This document shows positions 25,571 through 40,690 of a stretch of 64,000 nucleotides of DNA, in pieces; the stretch's first letter is position 1; the number at the start of each line of letters is the position of its first letter. The stretch is from Lama guanicoe (taxonomy: Eukaryota): assembly GCA_013239625.1 (NCBI GenBank), contig MU054338.1, positions 6,116,724 to 6,180,723 on the forward strand, in the 5' to 3' direction. The notes beneath the pieces are model-generated. The model saw only the letters and a program-made list of their open reading frames with translations. It was not told the origin of the DNA and searched no databases. The translations under genes and the position numbers were made by a program.

Positions 25571-28500
25571 ATTTGACTTTTCTATGACTTGATATCATGA
25601 AATATTCTTCTTGTGATTCTCTGAAATTCACTTAAAAAAAACCATTCTTAATTCACAGACTAAACACATAAAAGTAGTAGGTCATATCTGCATTTTTGCA
25701 GATTTTCAGATTTAATCAAAGCTGCTGACTCCTGGTATGAATTGTAAAAAGAACAGAGAGAAAGTCTGTATTGAGATGATAACATACTGCCTGGTACCTT
25801 CCATTCTTCATCCTCTGACCAGGACAGACATTGCAAGTGCATCACAGCATTATTCCCTCAAGCTCAAATGGCCTCAGGCAGGCAAAAGCAATCAACTGAA
25901 CATCGTACTCAAGATACATCCTATTTGCCTCCCTTCCTGTCCCTCAGCCCCATTCTCCTTCCTAGCTTAGACCAGCTTAGACCCTCTTTCTAAATTTCCC
26001 GATGACATCTTCTATCCCTGGGACCATTTTTCTCTTTTGATTCTCAATCAGTGAACTGAGCCAGCAAGGGTCCTGGATGTAAGCTGTTCAGGATTTTGAA
26101 AACTGATTTAGCAGCAGAACATTTATCTGAAACAATCTCAGAAGGTACACCATATGTGAAATTTGAGAATGAAATAATGAAACACTTTAAAGAAGTATTA
26201 GGACAAAATTACTTTACAGGTTCAAGCCTATCTTGAGAAACCTGGGGCAGATCCACAGACAAATATTCGCTAAGAGCCCGCACCTGCTGGGCATGCACTC
26301 CTAAAAGAGAAACCTCAGTGTCAGATTTCTGGCTGTGGTACAGGAAAAATCCTGACGCGTGCATGAGTGAAAGGAAACGATATTCACCAAGGAACCTGCC
26401 AACAAGAAAGGTCTGCAGGCCGCTGGCGCTGGACTCTCAGCACACCCTTCCAATAAAGAGGGAGGGCGGGGAAGCTTTATTTTGGGTCTGCATGCTGAGG
26501 GCCGGATGTTATGACGTAGCTTATGATGCTGATTAAGTATCTAATGAACTAATAGTTCTACGTGAGCCAACGATATACCTGGGGGCTCATATTTCTTAAC
26601 AGCTCCACAGTATAACCCAGTATCATTTTAAGGAACCCTGACCATTGTCACCCCCACCCCCACCTCTGTAAGCTGGATTTGAAACCACTAAGTTTGAAAC
26701 CTTCATTTTGGAGGTTAAACCCTGGCTTTGGATAAGAGACACACGAGGCCCAGGGTCACACAGCAAGCAGCAGAACTGGGTCATAACCCAGGCTGGCTCT
26801 CAGGTGTGGCCTCTACTCCAAGTGTGCGTGACAGTTTCCCCAAGCAGACGGCAAGGCCGTGAGGACCAGCACTGTGCTCTGCCGTGGCAGATGCTTGGAG
26901 ACATTAGCTGCGGGCGACGACGACACAGAACAGAGCACCGTGACCTGCAAAGAACACTTCTCAGGATCAAGGAGAGGATGAAAATGAGGCAAAGCAAGTC
27001 CGAGTGCAACCAATAAGGTGGGAGGAGCTGGGCACGTGAGTGCAGAGAGGCCCAAGGCCTGAGTGATTGAGGTCCTGGGAAGCTTGCTTCCTGTCCGGAG
27101 TCCTGCCTGCCGTCACCCCAGGCAGCTCTGACAGGGCAGAGTGGCTCAAGGCAGAGGAGGCCTCGAGCCCCTTCTGAAGAGGCAGGGGCTGCAGGATCAC
27201 CACACGGGAAGCCGATGGCGCTGGGGGCCCTGGACCACTCAGAGGAAGGGGCTGGCGTGTGTCTGGGGGTCGGCAGGCTAGGAGTCTGCGCTGCTGCCAT
27301 GCAGACCCCAGACCCACCCCTACATCTCCTTGTAGGCCTGCACAGCTACTCCCTCTCTCTGCCCTCCTGCTAACTTTTTTGTTTGTTTAACTTCTTTAAA
27401 TTTAAAAAATTTTTTTCATTTTTTTTTGCCTCCTGCTAACTTTTAACCTCAGTTAACTTACATTTTTAACCAGTTTCAGCTCAGAAGTTTGCCATTTCTC
27501 AATTTATCTTACAACTCTTGTATCAGGTGGTCTCTGGGCCTCATTTAAAATTTTACCTGTATTTGGTGATTTCTCATTTGACCCTGACTTTGGACCTTAT
27601 TCATCCCTTCCCCTTCTCCTTGTTTTTTTTCTCCCCAATCATCTGGATTTTTCCATTTTACATCTCCTGCCTCACATTTGTACTCTTCTGTTTTCACAAA
27701 CGTTCATTTACTATCTTCCCTCTGCACAGCAGCATGTGACCACCAAAACGCATGGAGAATGTCAGGGGACCTCACTGGGGATGCAGAGGCTGGCAGATGG
27801 CGTGAGGGTCAGGCTGCGACCTGCTCACCCAGAGCTACTTGTTTCTGGAGTCCAGGTCTGTGTACCTGGCCTGTTTTAAGCTTTTATGTAAATCTAGTCT
27901 TAAGATCTGTAAAACCAGAATCCATCTTCTTTTTTATGTTTGTTTTTGGTGTGACCTGTCTCTACCATGGCCATTACCAGCAAGGAGTGAAGCCTGGGGA
28001 TAGAATCAAACTAACTAGGCAGGTGGGGCTTCTTCCAGCAAATTCTGTAGCAGGCTCAGAACTTCAGCATGGCTCAGCAATGCCACCCGGGCTAATCACC
28101 CTGTGGCCCTGAGCCCTACTGGGCCACCCGCCCAGCCTGCGCCCACACTCAGGCTGGCTCGGGGACTGCCGATGGGGATCAGCACTTTTCTCAAGACAGC
28201 GTCCTAGATGCCTCTCCCACCAGGCTCGGGACTGGGTGCCAAGCAGAGAGTGCTGACCCTCGCCCTGGCCGCACAGGCGGAGGGCTGCCTCCTGCTCCCG
28301 GTGCGCCCATTCTGAGCTTGGACCAGCACCGCCTTCCAAAGGCCGAGCAGGAGAAGCCTGAGGCCTCCCTGCCCCTCAGGGAAAAGAACCCAGAACAGCC
28401 CGCCCTCTGCCCTCTCCCAGCTCCCCAGGGGCCTGGTCTGAAGGGCCTGGAGTCACCTAGGAGGTCCTCTCCTGGAGAATGCTCCTGCCTGACAGCCTGC

Positions 28501-30412
28501 CCTGGGCCTTGTTACTCTGTCCCAGTTTTTCTTCTAAATCAAGGCACAGCCTTTCAACTGAAGAACCACCTACTTCTTGACTCTAATCAAGGCAGTGCAG
28601 GTCTCCTGCAAGGGCAGAGGGGAAGTGCTGACAGGGCTGGGGCAGTGGCCACCAGGCCCAGGCCCAAGGAAGCTGCCACCGTCCATGTGGCCAGGGCCCT
28701 TCACCACTCACAGTGGGACATGGCGCTGGTGTCTGGCTGCGTGCCTGGCCCACATCATCTCACTGGGGGTCTCCACAATCCCATGTAGGGCTTCCACTTC
28801 TACGCTGCACACCTGGAAACTGGGGCCAGGGGGTGGGTGTTGGACCTGGATCCCTGTGACACTCAAGCCCTACAGTCCTCACAGGGTTGCTGCATCCTGG
28901 TAGAGGGAGGGGTAAGAGGACCCAGAGGGCCTGCCCAGGGGGCTCAGACGTGGGAGACAGCCTGGGCGGCCTGTACACATCACCATCCTTCTGAGCCACT
29001 GGGAATAACTTGTGAGTATCTTCTGAAAACAAAGATGTTTTCTTCCGTGACCTTAGCATGGTCTTCAAATTCAGGAAACTTGGTTCTGACCCGCCTCCAC
29101 TGCCCAACGCACAGGCTTTATAGCAGCGACAATTCTGCCCTGTAGCTGTTAATAAGCTCTGCACTTCAGCCAGGGGGGCATGGAGGGGCCCATGGGGTCT
29201 CCTGGAGCCTGTCTGCACATTTCTGAAGCCTCCCCAAAGGTACACGGGATGTGCCCCATAGCCCACGCCTGCTGATGGGCATTCGGGGCAGTGCCCGAGT
29301 GCCTTGGCCACCAGCTGAAGGTCAGGGAAAAGATGCCAACTGGCAGCACACCCAGCCCCACAACAAGGTCCCGGCCGGACCCCGGAGCCTAGCTTATCTG
29401 CACGTTTAGATTTAAAGTGAAAATCCCTGCTCCCAACATACTTCCTTAACTGTGGTTTCTCTTTTGGCTGCTGACCCGAGGGTTCCCCCACGAAGTCCTG
29501 AGATTTCCAGCACCAAGGAGAGGGTGCCCTGGCTGTGGCCTGGGCCTCGAGTCCACTGTCCGTCTGCCTGTGCCTCTCCCTCCATCCTCTTCCCGGCGGG
29601 GCCCGCTTTTCCTTCTGTGGAGGTCACCCCGGCAGGGAAGCGATGGTCAGCTGCGCAGGACTGCAGACTGTTCGAGTGGTTTCCCACTGCGGCCCCACAG
29701 CGGGATGGGCATTCTCACCCCGACCCAGCAAAGCCCTGCAGCCCCGAGGCTGGGGCTGCACAACTCCAGGGAGTGCCATTCAGGGCGCACAGGGGAGGGA
29801 CGGGAGTGGCAGCCCTGCATCTGAACAAGTGTGAAGGGAGCAAAAAGCTTCCAGATCAGGACATTAGCCGTGTACGGATGAGGACGTAAATGCAAAGGTG
29901 ACATCAAACACTGCAGTGGTATTTAACACAACTGGGGGGTGGCCTTGAAATGAACAATCTATAGCGACACTCAGAGTGGCACCAACTGCTGGCGGGCGGC
30001 CCTGCTCAGACACAGCTTCTCTCTGGAGCCACCACATCGAGGTGCCATCCTGGCTCCCACCGCGGTCACCGGGGTCAGTAACAGCAGCAGCGCAGCCCCC
30101 TGCTCAGCAAGGTAGGCTTCCCACTCCAAATCCAAAAGCCGACAACATACTGTAGTCATTTTTTGGTGTCCAAGCTGTAACAATTAGTTCTCTACTCAGG
30201 ATCCAGGTTTACCTCAAGCACAGGGTTTAGCTAATCACAGGGTTCTGGAAGCAAATGGGTTTTTTAAATTCAGAGTTTCATTTTCTCTTCTGCACAGGAG
30301 CAATCGAAAGTCTGAGATAGGAGAGCATCTGTTAGGCTACCCCCAGTCTCATTCCACCCTCATTCTCCTTGGTGTTGCACGGTGGTTAGTCCCTCAGAAG
30401 GTGTGTGACAGG

Positions 30413-30995
30413 TGTGTCATAAAGAATTTCACCCGGCCAAAGAAAGGCCTGACCTTTGCCCCTGGCTCCTGGGAGGCCATCTCTCAGTTCCTGAATGTCC
30501 TGTCTGATGTGGTGTCTTCGTTTTGATGGGGGTCTAGAGCCCAGAGTCTAGAATATGACTCAGGGCAGGGGTGTTGGCTCACGTGGCATCAGCTTGACCA
30601 CAGAGAGGCTGGAGACCTGGCAGCCATGCAGGCAGGCAGCTGTGTCTACACGCCCAAGCGCCAATAAAAACTCCAGACACCAAGGCTTCCCAAGCTGGCA
30701 TCTTCTCATAGTGTTGCCAGGGAAGTCAGCGCTGCCGCCGCCACCTCACGGGGAGCACAGCAGGAAGCCCTGAGCGCGGCGGTCCTTGGATGCTGCTCCC
30801 TGCCCTCCCTCCTCAGCTGGTTTTAATCTGTGTCCTCTCACTGTAATAAACCATGACCACGAGTATACCAGCCCGCAGATAGTTCTGACAGGCCTCCTAG
30901 GGAATTACTGAGCCTAAGGGTGGTCATGGGGACCCCTGAACTCTGCTGCTGCTGTCAGAAGAGAGGGTGGCCTATGGACCGTGTTTAACTTTAGC
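30413..30995 (+). mobile_element. ERV solo LTR (MER21-like)
   Basis: TGTCATAAAGAATT...CCTTTGCCCCTGGCTCCTGGGAGG...GTAATAAACCATGACCACGAGTATA...GGGGACCCCTGAACT. Confidence 0.6.
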
Positions 30996-31799
30996 TGGGC
31001 AACCATACTGTGGTTCTCCTCGTGGTTTCAAATTCAGTTTGTTAAGAACATCAAAAATGGCCATTTAAAAAGTCAGCGTGGTACCCGAACATCATCTTTG
31101 GCAGCATTTGCCGTTCAAGTGACTTTTCAACGCGATGATTTTGCTGAGTTGACATGACTCACGTGGTCTCTTCCTGCGCGGCCACCAGCAAACCAGCGAG
31201 TGGAAGGACCTGCTCCAATTGTGAACTGAACGTTTCTCAAAGCCAGTGAGTGGGAGGCTTCCGTTAACAGTCACGTTCACGCTGTCCCGCTTGGAACTCC
31301 TCCACACTTCTCCCCAGTCTAACGGTGAACTGCCAGTTCTGCACCACCATCCGTTCCAGGAGGACGTGAGGTTAAATGTATACCACAGGGCACATCCTCT
31401 GCTGAGACAGCGCCACATGGGTCAGACACAGCTGGGAGCAGAGCTCTGAGTGTTGGGGTTCTCGTTAGGCCGGATCTCAAAACTCCCACCAGGCTCTCAG
31501 CATCCTGCAAGAGAACGGTCTTGACAAGGGTCCCTGACCCGTAAGAGCTGGTTTTAATCTACTACCCGATTTACCACCCAGTCTTGCACAGCTGGAAGAA
31601 CAACTGTTTGTGGTGGCCGGGGGCGGGGGGGAGGCATTTTCTCATGTCACACAACGTACAGCTAAATGCAATGCTCGGATGGATTCTCTGTAAGACACAG
31701 GATAGCTAAGAAAGTGGACTGACATTTGACTCTTTTTCTTTAGTTTGAAAATATCCAAAGCTTTACCAACAAATGCAGGATGCTGTTTCCAAGTGTCCA

Positions 31800-32850
31800 T
31801 TTTTTTTTAACCGAGGTGTAACCACCTACAGGAAAGTGCACGTATCTTAGGTACATACCATGGTGAGTGTTTCATGTGCACAAAAGATCCCAGCGTCCCA
31901 GGTTCCCCCATGCCCCTTCCTGACGTTGGGTAACCAGTTTGATGCTCATTGCTATCCATCAGCTTTTGAACTTCTTATAACTGGGAGCACATAGGAGGCA
32001 CTTTTTAGTGTCTGGCTTCTATCACTCAACAAAATGTTAAGATTCTTCCCGGAAGTGGTGGTCTGTCTGCTCTAGCAGCTGTTAGAATTCTTCTCTTTGA
32101 CGAGGCCACCGTGGACACGTTCTCCTGTGGGTGGACATTGGGCTGTTCCGTTTGGGGCAGTTACAATCAGAGCTGCTCTGGACGCACCTGCCCACGTCTG
32201 CTGGCAGACCTGTGCACTCAAGACTAGGACTGAAGTGGCTGGGTCAGAAGCTGAGTGATGAGCTATAGAAGACACTGCCAAGAGCTACATGTTCCCACAG
32301 CAGCGTGTGACGTCCTTGGTGACACTTACAGGGATTTCAGCCATTCGGGTGCGTGCGGGGAGGCACCCCACTGTTTTCCTGTGCACCTTCCCCATGTCAT
32401 GATGCTAACGCAGTGACCCGGAGCTCCTTCTCTCGTGCTGACTGGTCAGCAGGCTCTCTTCTATTTCTGAGGAGGAGGGGGCGTCCTGTTCACGTCTTTT
32501 GCCCATTTTAAAATTGATTTTTTTCCCCAGCCTATGGCAATTTTCAGTCTTCACGAGGACGCTCTTTTATGAACAAATGTGTTTAATTTTAGTGAAGTGT
32601 AACTTGAGTCTTACAGCCAGTGGCGTTTCTGTCCTATTGAGCGAATCTATGCCCTCAGGCCATGGAGACCTTCTCCCACGCTGTACCTGCCACGTTCGTG
32701 TCTGGGATCCATTTCACACCAACAGGAGTGTGTGGTGCGAGGGGATCCCGGCTGGTCTTCCCCACACGGGTGTCCTAAGGATCAGCATGCCTTTCTGAAA
32801 AGTCCATCCTTGCCCCGCTGACCTTCAAGGGTCTTTGTCATTTTGACCAT
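31800..32850 (-). mobile_element. Ancient L1 3' fragments
   Basis: Antisense L1-like motifs (GTGTCTGGCTTCTATCACTCAACA; GGTGGACATTGGGCTGTTCC; CTTTTGCCCATTTT). Confidence 0.55.
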
Positions 32851-34000
32851 GTTGAAGTTCCCTCACAAGAAGCTCATCAGTAAGAAAACAGCAGGGTCTA
32901 TCGTTTTCTTTGGATATTTGCACATTCCATGCTTTAAATAATGGTTGGTCTACTTCCTTTGTGGAATTTTTCTCCAAGGCGAAGCTTGCAAACGAGTTCA
33001 ATATTTTGTTCTTAATACTAACAGGAATTACATTTTCAGGCCCAGCAGCTGAGCTTGAATATGCCTCTTTTCCACTTCATCACCCGCCTCTCTTCCAGTA
33101 AAAAATGATTCTTTTTAAAGAACAATTTGTATCCTTTATTTGGGTGCTGTAATTGTCACCACTCCCCAAGGTTACATGCTTGGTAACAGGTCCTCCCAGT
33201 GACGCACCTAGGGCCCAATCTGAAGCACTATTCTCTCCAACAGATCAAACCTCTCTCTTGCTTTGCTTTGTGACTAACTGCTAAGCATTACTGTAAATCC
33301 GAGCTGTGAAACCCTCCCATTACGGGACAGCCACATCAGCCCGTGTGTAGCAGAACGTAGAACGAGACCCTTGGGTGGGAAGGATGCCCCTGGCTGCCTT
33401 GTGCCGCTCCAAGCGCCCCGCCCCATGCCGGCAGAACATGCCCATGTCTCCTGGGGAGCCGTTACTCTCTACTTACTGACGCAGTGCTCATGACCCACAG
33501 ACAGACCGTGTTTGTCGAGGGCAAGGACCTCAAGACTGGAGCGGCTGGTCTATATGCCTCTCAACATGTGGCTGACCCGTGATGGCCCAGGGAGGCCACA
33601 CGAGTTGGGAGAGGGCAGCAAGCGCTGAGGGTCCAGGTCCACAGAAAGAAAGCCCCTGGCTCTCTGCTCCAGGCCCAGAGGCCTCCTCACCACAGCCCAT
33701 TAGCCACGTGCTAGTGTCCATCACCGCACAGACGCCACTCCCCTACGCTCTCCCCGCCACTGCCCTCGGATCTGCTGGCCACCCTCTTCTGGGGCCTGTC
33801 CCCTGCTGTGCCTCTGCTGGAGCCCTGGTCCCCAGACCTCCCCTCCTCAGTGCTTCTTTCAAACACCACCTCCCGGCCCTCTTGGCACAGCTGACACTGC
33901 TCTCCCTCCAACCCCAGAGTGCTGAGTCCTGCGAGGGCAGGGGCACCAAGACACAGAGACCCAGCCGGAGCTGGCAGGCCGCCCGATGGCCCCCCACTTA

Positions 34001-34447
<447 letters not shown>

Positions 34448-34549
34448 TTAACAGGCACATCCTCACTGTGTGGGGCCTGCAGAAGGGGCTCTTGTAAACC
34501 CTCCACCCAGAGGTGACACCATCAATGCTTCTCCTCCAGATGTTCCGCG

Positions 34550-34670
34550 TTTTTTTAAAAATGTGGTAAGACACACGTAACAGAAAATTGACCACTTCAA
34601 CAATGTTCAAGTGCGCAGCTCAGTGGCATGAGGTACATTCACGTTGTGCAGCCATCACCACCGTCCACCT
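34550..34670 (-). mobile_element. L1 3'-terminal fragment
   Basis: Minus strand GGTGATGGCTGCACAACGTGAATGTACC...TTACCACATTTTTAAAAAA. Confidence 0.7.
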
Positions 34671-35489
34671 GTGGGACGCCCCCACCCATCACGCGCATGT
34701 GCACAACCGAGGCAGCACTGGAATAGGAGCCACGTACCAGGTCACGACTCATCTTTTTGTTTACTGTGTCCTGGATATATTTCCTCTCGTCTTTCTGCAA
34801 CATAATTTTTAACGTCTACTTATTATTTCCTCACGCAATGGGCCCTAATTTAACCTTCCCCTGTTCTTGGGTGTTTAGGTTCTTTCCAATTTAGGGGGTG
34901 GGGTGGGCGGGTGGTTGTTCTAAGTACTGCCACAAATGATATCCTTTTTTTTTTAGAGAGATTCCTGGAAGTGAAACTGCTGAAGTCAAAAGACATGGTT
35001 GTGAACATTAATTTTAAAATAATTCCAATTCATTAATTCTTAATGATAAAAACTAACTCACGTTTTACCCTGAACACAAGTGATGGGAAGCCAGGTTTCT
35101 GGGAGAGCTTGAAATCAGAAAAGGGGGTTGGGCCTGGACCCAGAGGGACACACTGGTTATTCTTCTCATGGTTATTGGCTGCGACTGTAAGTGGGGCACG
35201 GGGCCAGGTACTGAGGACACAGCACTGAACACAAGCCTCCTGGAGGGGAGACAGTGACAAACATCTCACAAATGTGGTAAGTCCGTCAAATGCTGAGGAG
35301 GGTGAGTGGTGCTCTGAGGGATGGTGGAACAGATGTGTCCTGGTTGGGGATGGAGGAGAGCTCCCCAGAGCTGGCACTTCAGCTGAGGTTTAAAGGGTCA
35401 GGGGAGGGAAAGGCCCCTACGCCAAAGGAACAGCATAGAGATGCAGAGCAGGCAGGAAGGACTAAAAGGAAGTTGGCATGGGGGAGGGT

Positions 35490-35860
35490 GTGCCAAGGGT
35501 TGAATAGTGTCCCCTCTAATTCATATATTCGTGGAATCTCTGTGATCTCACAGGATATAGGGTCTTTGCAGACATAATCACTTAAGGATCGGGACAAGAT
35601 CATCTTGTACTAGGGTGGGCCCAAATCCAACGAGACAGAACAGGCCACACAGAGGACACTAGGGACAGAAACTGGACTGACTCAGTGACAAGCCACAGGA
35701 GGCTGAGGCCCACAAGCTGGAAGAGGCAAGGAAGGATCCTCCTCTAGAGCCTTCACCTCGATTTCAACCTCCCAGCCTCCGGAACTGTGAGAGGGGAATT
35801 CCTATTGTGTTAAGCCACCGAGTTTGCAGTAACCATTACAGCAGCCCCCAGAATCTAACA
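35490..35860 (+). mobile_element. MaLR (MLT1-type) solo LTR
   Basis: GGGTTGAATAGTGTCCCC...AGGGTCTTTGCAGA...CCTCCGGAACTGTGAG...TTAAGCCACCGAGTTTG...TTACAGCAGCC. Confidence 0.75.
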
Positions 35861-36074
35861 GCAGTGCCTCTGGTCCCGTGCCCGAGAAACACAGCCCAGC
35901 AGGGCCAGAGCCAGGCACGTTCTGAAGGGTCTGGGTACACCTGGCATCAGAGGGCTACCAGAGAAGTGGTGCCCATGACACGTCCACCACTAAGACAGAG
36001 GAGTGTCTGTTTGGGGTAAATAAATTTTTTATTACCATAAACTTTATTGAGTATGACATATAACGAGGCATGTG

Positions 36075-37250
36075 CTCAAACGGGAAAGAGCTGTCTCCTC
36101 AACAAATGGTGCTGGGACAACAGGTCAGCCAAACGCAAAACACTGAAGTTGGAACCCGACCTCTTGCCATATGTGAAAATTAACTCAGAAAGGATCATGG
36201 ACCGGAATGTAAAAGCTGAAACTCTAAAAATGTTAAAAGGAAACAGTGGGTAAATCTTTGTGACCTTAGATTTGGCAGTGGATTCTCACACATGACACCA
36301 AGGAACCAACAAAAAGAGAAAAACAGAGAAATTGGACTTAATTAAAATTAAAAACTTCTGTGCTTCAAAGGACATCAAGAAAGCAGAAAAAAAAAAAGCC
36401 CTGTAGAATAGGAAAATATTTGCAAATCATATGTCTAGTAAGAGACTTGTAAAGATACACAAATGGCTAGTAATCACGTGAAAAGCTGCGCAACACCACG
36501 AGCCCCCAGGGAAATGCAATTCAGAAGCACAAGAAGACACCACGGCACACCCACTAGGATGGCTAGGATCAAAGAGACTAATAAAAAGTATTAGTGAGGA
36601 CGGACGTGGAGAAACTGGAACTCTCATATGCTGCTGGGGGGGGATGTAAAATAGTGTAGCCTTTTTGGAAAACAGTTTTAGTCCCTCAAAAGGGTTAAAC
36701 AAAGAATTACTATTTGATCCACTCCCAGGTATACACCTAAGAGAAATCAAAATGTATGTCCTCACAAGAACCTGTACACAAACGTTCACAGCAGCAAAAT
36801 TCATAGCAGCTAAAAAGTGGAAACCACCCCAATGTTCGTCAACTGATGAATGGATATCAAAGGCTGTCTGTCCACAGGATGGAATGTTATTCAGCCATAA
36901 AAAGATCATGTCCTGTTACATGCTAGAATCTGGATGAACCCTGAAAGTATTTTGCTAAGTGAAGGAAACCAGACATCAAAGGATCACACATTATGTGATT
37001 TCATTTACAGAAAATGTCCTGGATAGACAAAATCAATGGGATAGAAAGTTGCTTATTGGATGCCAAGGGCCAGGGGGAGTAAAGGGGTGGGAAGATAGCT
37101 AAAGAAGAAAAGGCTTCTTCTGGGGGAGAATGTTCTAAACTTCATTTGTGGTGATGGCTGCACAACTCTGTGAATATACTAAAAATCACTAATTGTACGT
37201 CTGAAGTGAATGAATTCCGTGGTATGTAAGTTACATCTCAAAAAAAAAAA
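36075..37250 (+). mobile_element. L1 ORF2 3' end, 3' UTR and poly(A)
   Basis: Peptides NKWCWDN and TCTQTFTAAKFIAAKKWKPPQCSSTDEWI; A tail at about 37240. Confidence 0.88.
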
Positions 37251-38355
37251 ATAAAAGAAAGAAAGAGAGAGAGAGAAAGAAAGAAAGAAAGTGCACATAG
37301 CATTATTAGCACATGGGCAGCTATTTTTCAAAGGGCACCCACTGCCTCAATGATGCAGGGCTGGGAAAGCCCCCAAGGGAGCTGGAATGGGCTGGGTTTG
37401 GGCCGACGCTCTCTCATTGAGGGTTCTCTTCTGGGCCCTGGAGCCCTGGACTGATGGTGGGAATGGGACAGCCCACCGGCCCCACCCCCGGCTCAGTGGT
37501 TCCCTGGCAGGTTTCAGCAGCTCCTCCGCGCATGGCTCAGCAGGCAAGTTTGCAAGTCTATGGTGTTCTGAGCTCCCAGGAGGGGACCAGGGCCCCCTGG
37601 CCACATGGTTGAGAAAGCACCAGGGCTGAAGTTAATCAAAGGGAACACCTGGGTGTGTGAACACAGGCCTGGGGGTCAGGGGATGGCCGCTCATTCCAGG
37701 GCGTAGCTTGCAGCAGGGCGTAGCCAAAAGCTGCCACCCGCCTCCTGCGAAGTATTGTTTCAGGGACAACAAAATGAGGGTTGGATTCTCAATCATCACC
37801 TCTGCACTCAGAGCACCCGAGAAGGGGTGGGGTCTGATTTGTCACTGTAACCCCAGTGCTGACCTCAGTGCCGGGCACCCGAGCAGGTGCAGAGGGGCAG
37901 AGTGCCCTCGGCTGGGGTGGGGAGGAGCGGGGCCGAGTCAGGAGGGCCCAAAAGGCACCCGCAGCCCTGACTCGGATGTCGACAGCTGCTACTGTAAGGG
38001 CCAGTTGCCACCTGCTGACATGGGTGCTCACACCACCCCCCTGAGCAGCTGGTGCCCAGAGCCTCAGGCGGAGACTTGCTCCTTCCTCCTCCCCATAGCT
38101 CTCAGGGGAGATGTGCCCAAAGTGGGGCTGCCTGACCCCCATCAGCTCTCCGAACCAGCTCACAGGGTGACTCAACGGTCCCTAACCTATCATGGGCCAG
38201 CCCTGTGCTGGGATTGGCAACGCTTACTCTAACCTCACACCTAAATGGCCAATTCCAACTGGCAGGGGTTCTGAGCTGCCTGGGAAGTGCACAGGGGCCC
38301 TTCTTGCCAGCCAGCAGGAGGAACAGAGTGAACCTGACCCCACATCAGCGGGTCA

Positions 38356-38940
<585 letters not shown>

Positions 38941-39355
38941 CTATGGGGTAGTGGCTCCATGTAAGGCCTTGGTGGGAGGCACAAGCCTGCTGGAGCCAAG
39001 GGCGCCTGATTCCATGCCCAAAAGGGGCGGGGACATCTATGACTAAGGACAGTATTAAGTTCCCCTGAAAGGGAGCTTCAAGGACGACAAGCCAGAGCAG
39101 AGCTGTGTATGTATGTGTCTCCCACCATCCCCACGACACCATTAGGAGTCACTGTGGGGCCACCCAAAGGCCTGCACTCGGCTCCATCACCTGCTGGGGA
39201 CGCCACCGTCATTGAGACCTCCTGGTCTGTTTGGTGTCAGCAGCGAGGGGTGTGAATCTGAGCACCTGCGTGTCACACAGGCAGGAAACTGAACACCCGA
39301 AAGGTGAGCAAGGTGGCAAGGCTGCCCTTTCTTCTGCCCAGCCCACAGCGCTTAC

Positions 39356-39433
39356 CATGAACAGGTCGAACTCCTCCTCGTGCCGGGCAATCATCTGGTT
39401 CACTGTCTCATCGTCAGGCACTTCGTCTTCTTC
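39356..39433 (-). CDS. SMARCA4: SMARCA4 exon ~28 ([26 protein letters not shown])
   Basis: 78 nt, TAG/GTAAG boundaries. Confidence 0.97.
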
Positions 39434-39639
39434 CTACAAGATTTCACACGCTTAGTTCGGGTGTGGCGAGGCCAGGGTGGGCGGCGGCCGGGCTCGGAGG
39501 CGAGCGGCGGCGGTCCATGGGAAATGAGCTGGCGGTCCCAGTCTGGCTGCGGTGGATGGGGACCCACACGGCAGCGGGAGGCACACACGCACACGCACAC
39601 GCACGCTCCGTGGGATCAGGGCCCTTGCTGGCCGTCTCA

Positions 39640-39825
<186 letters not shown>

Positions 39826-40004
39826 TCAATCCGGCGTCTTTCACCAGCAGTTTAGAAAAAAAAAACCACTTCAAAGAAAAAGCAAGTACTCATCCTCTTT
39901 CCGTTCAGCCCACACTCCCTTTACTCCAAAGGGATGAAAAAAAAATAAGAGTGCAAAAAAGGTAAAAAAACAAAAATGAAAGCCGCTCATGCGTCCACCA
40001 CTCA

Positions 40005-40268
<264 letters not shown>

Positions 40269-40426
40269 CTAGGAGAGGAGAGGCCGGTCAGTCCTGAGCC
40301 TTTGGATGGACTGGGAAAGGCAGGGGCTTTCCAATTCTCATGTGTCTGCCTGGCCATTCTGCCAGCATAAGAGTGCAAAAAAGGTAAAAAAACAAAAATG
40401 AAAGCCGCTCATGCGTCCACCACTCA

Positions 40427-40690
<264 letters not shown>

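Noticed and set aside
28760..29491. 243-aa intronic minus-strand ORF
   Set aside because: No homology or coding-like composition; expected by chance at this GC content.
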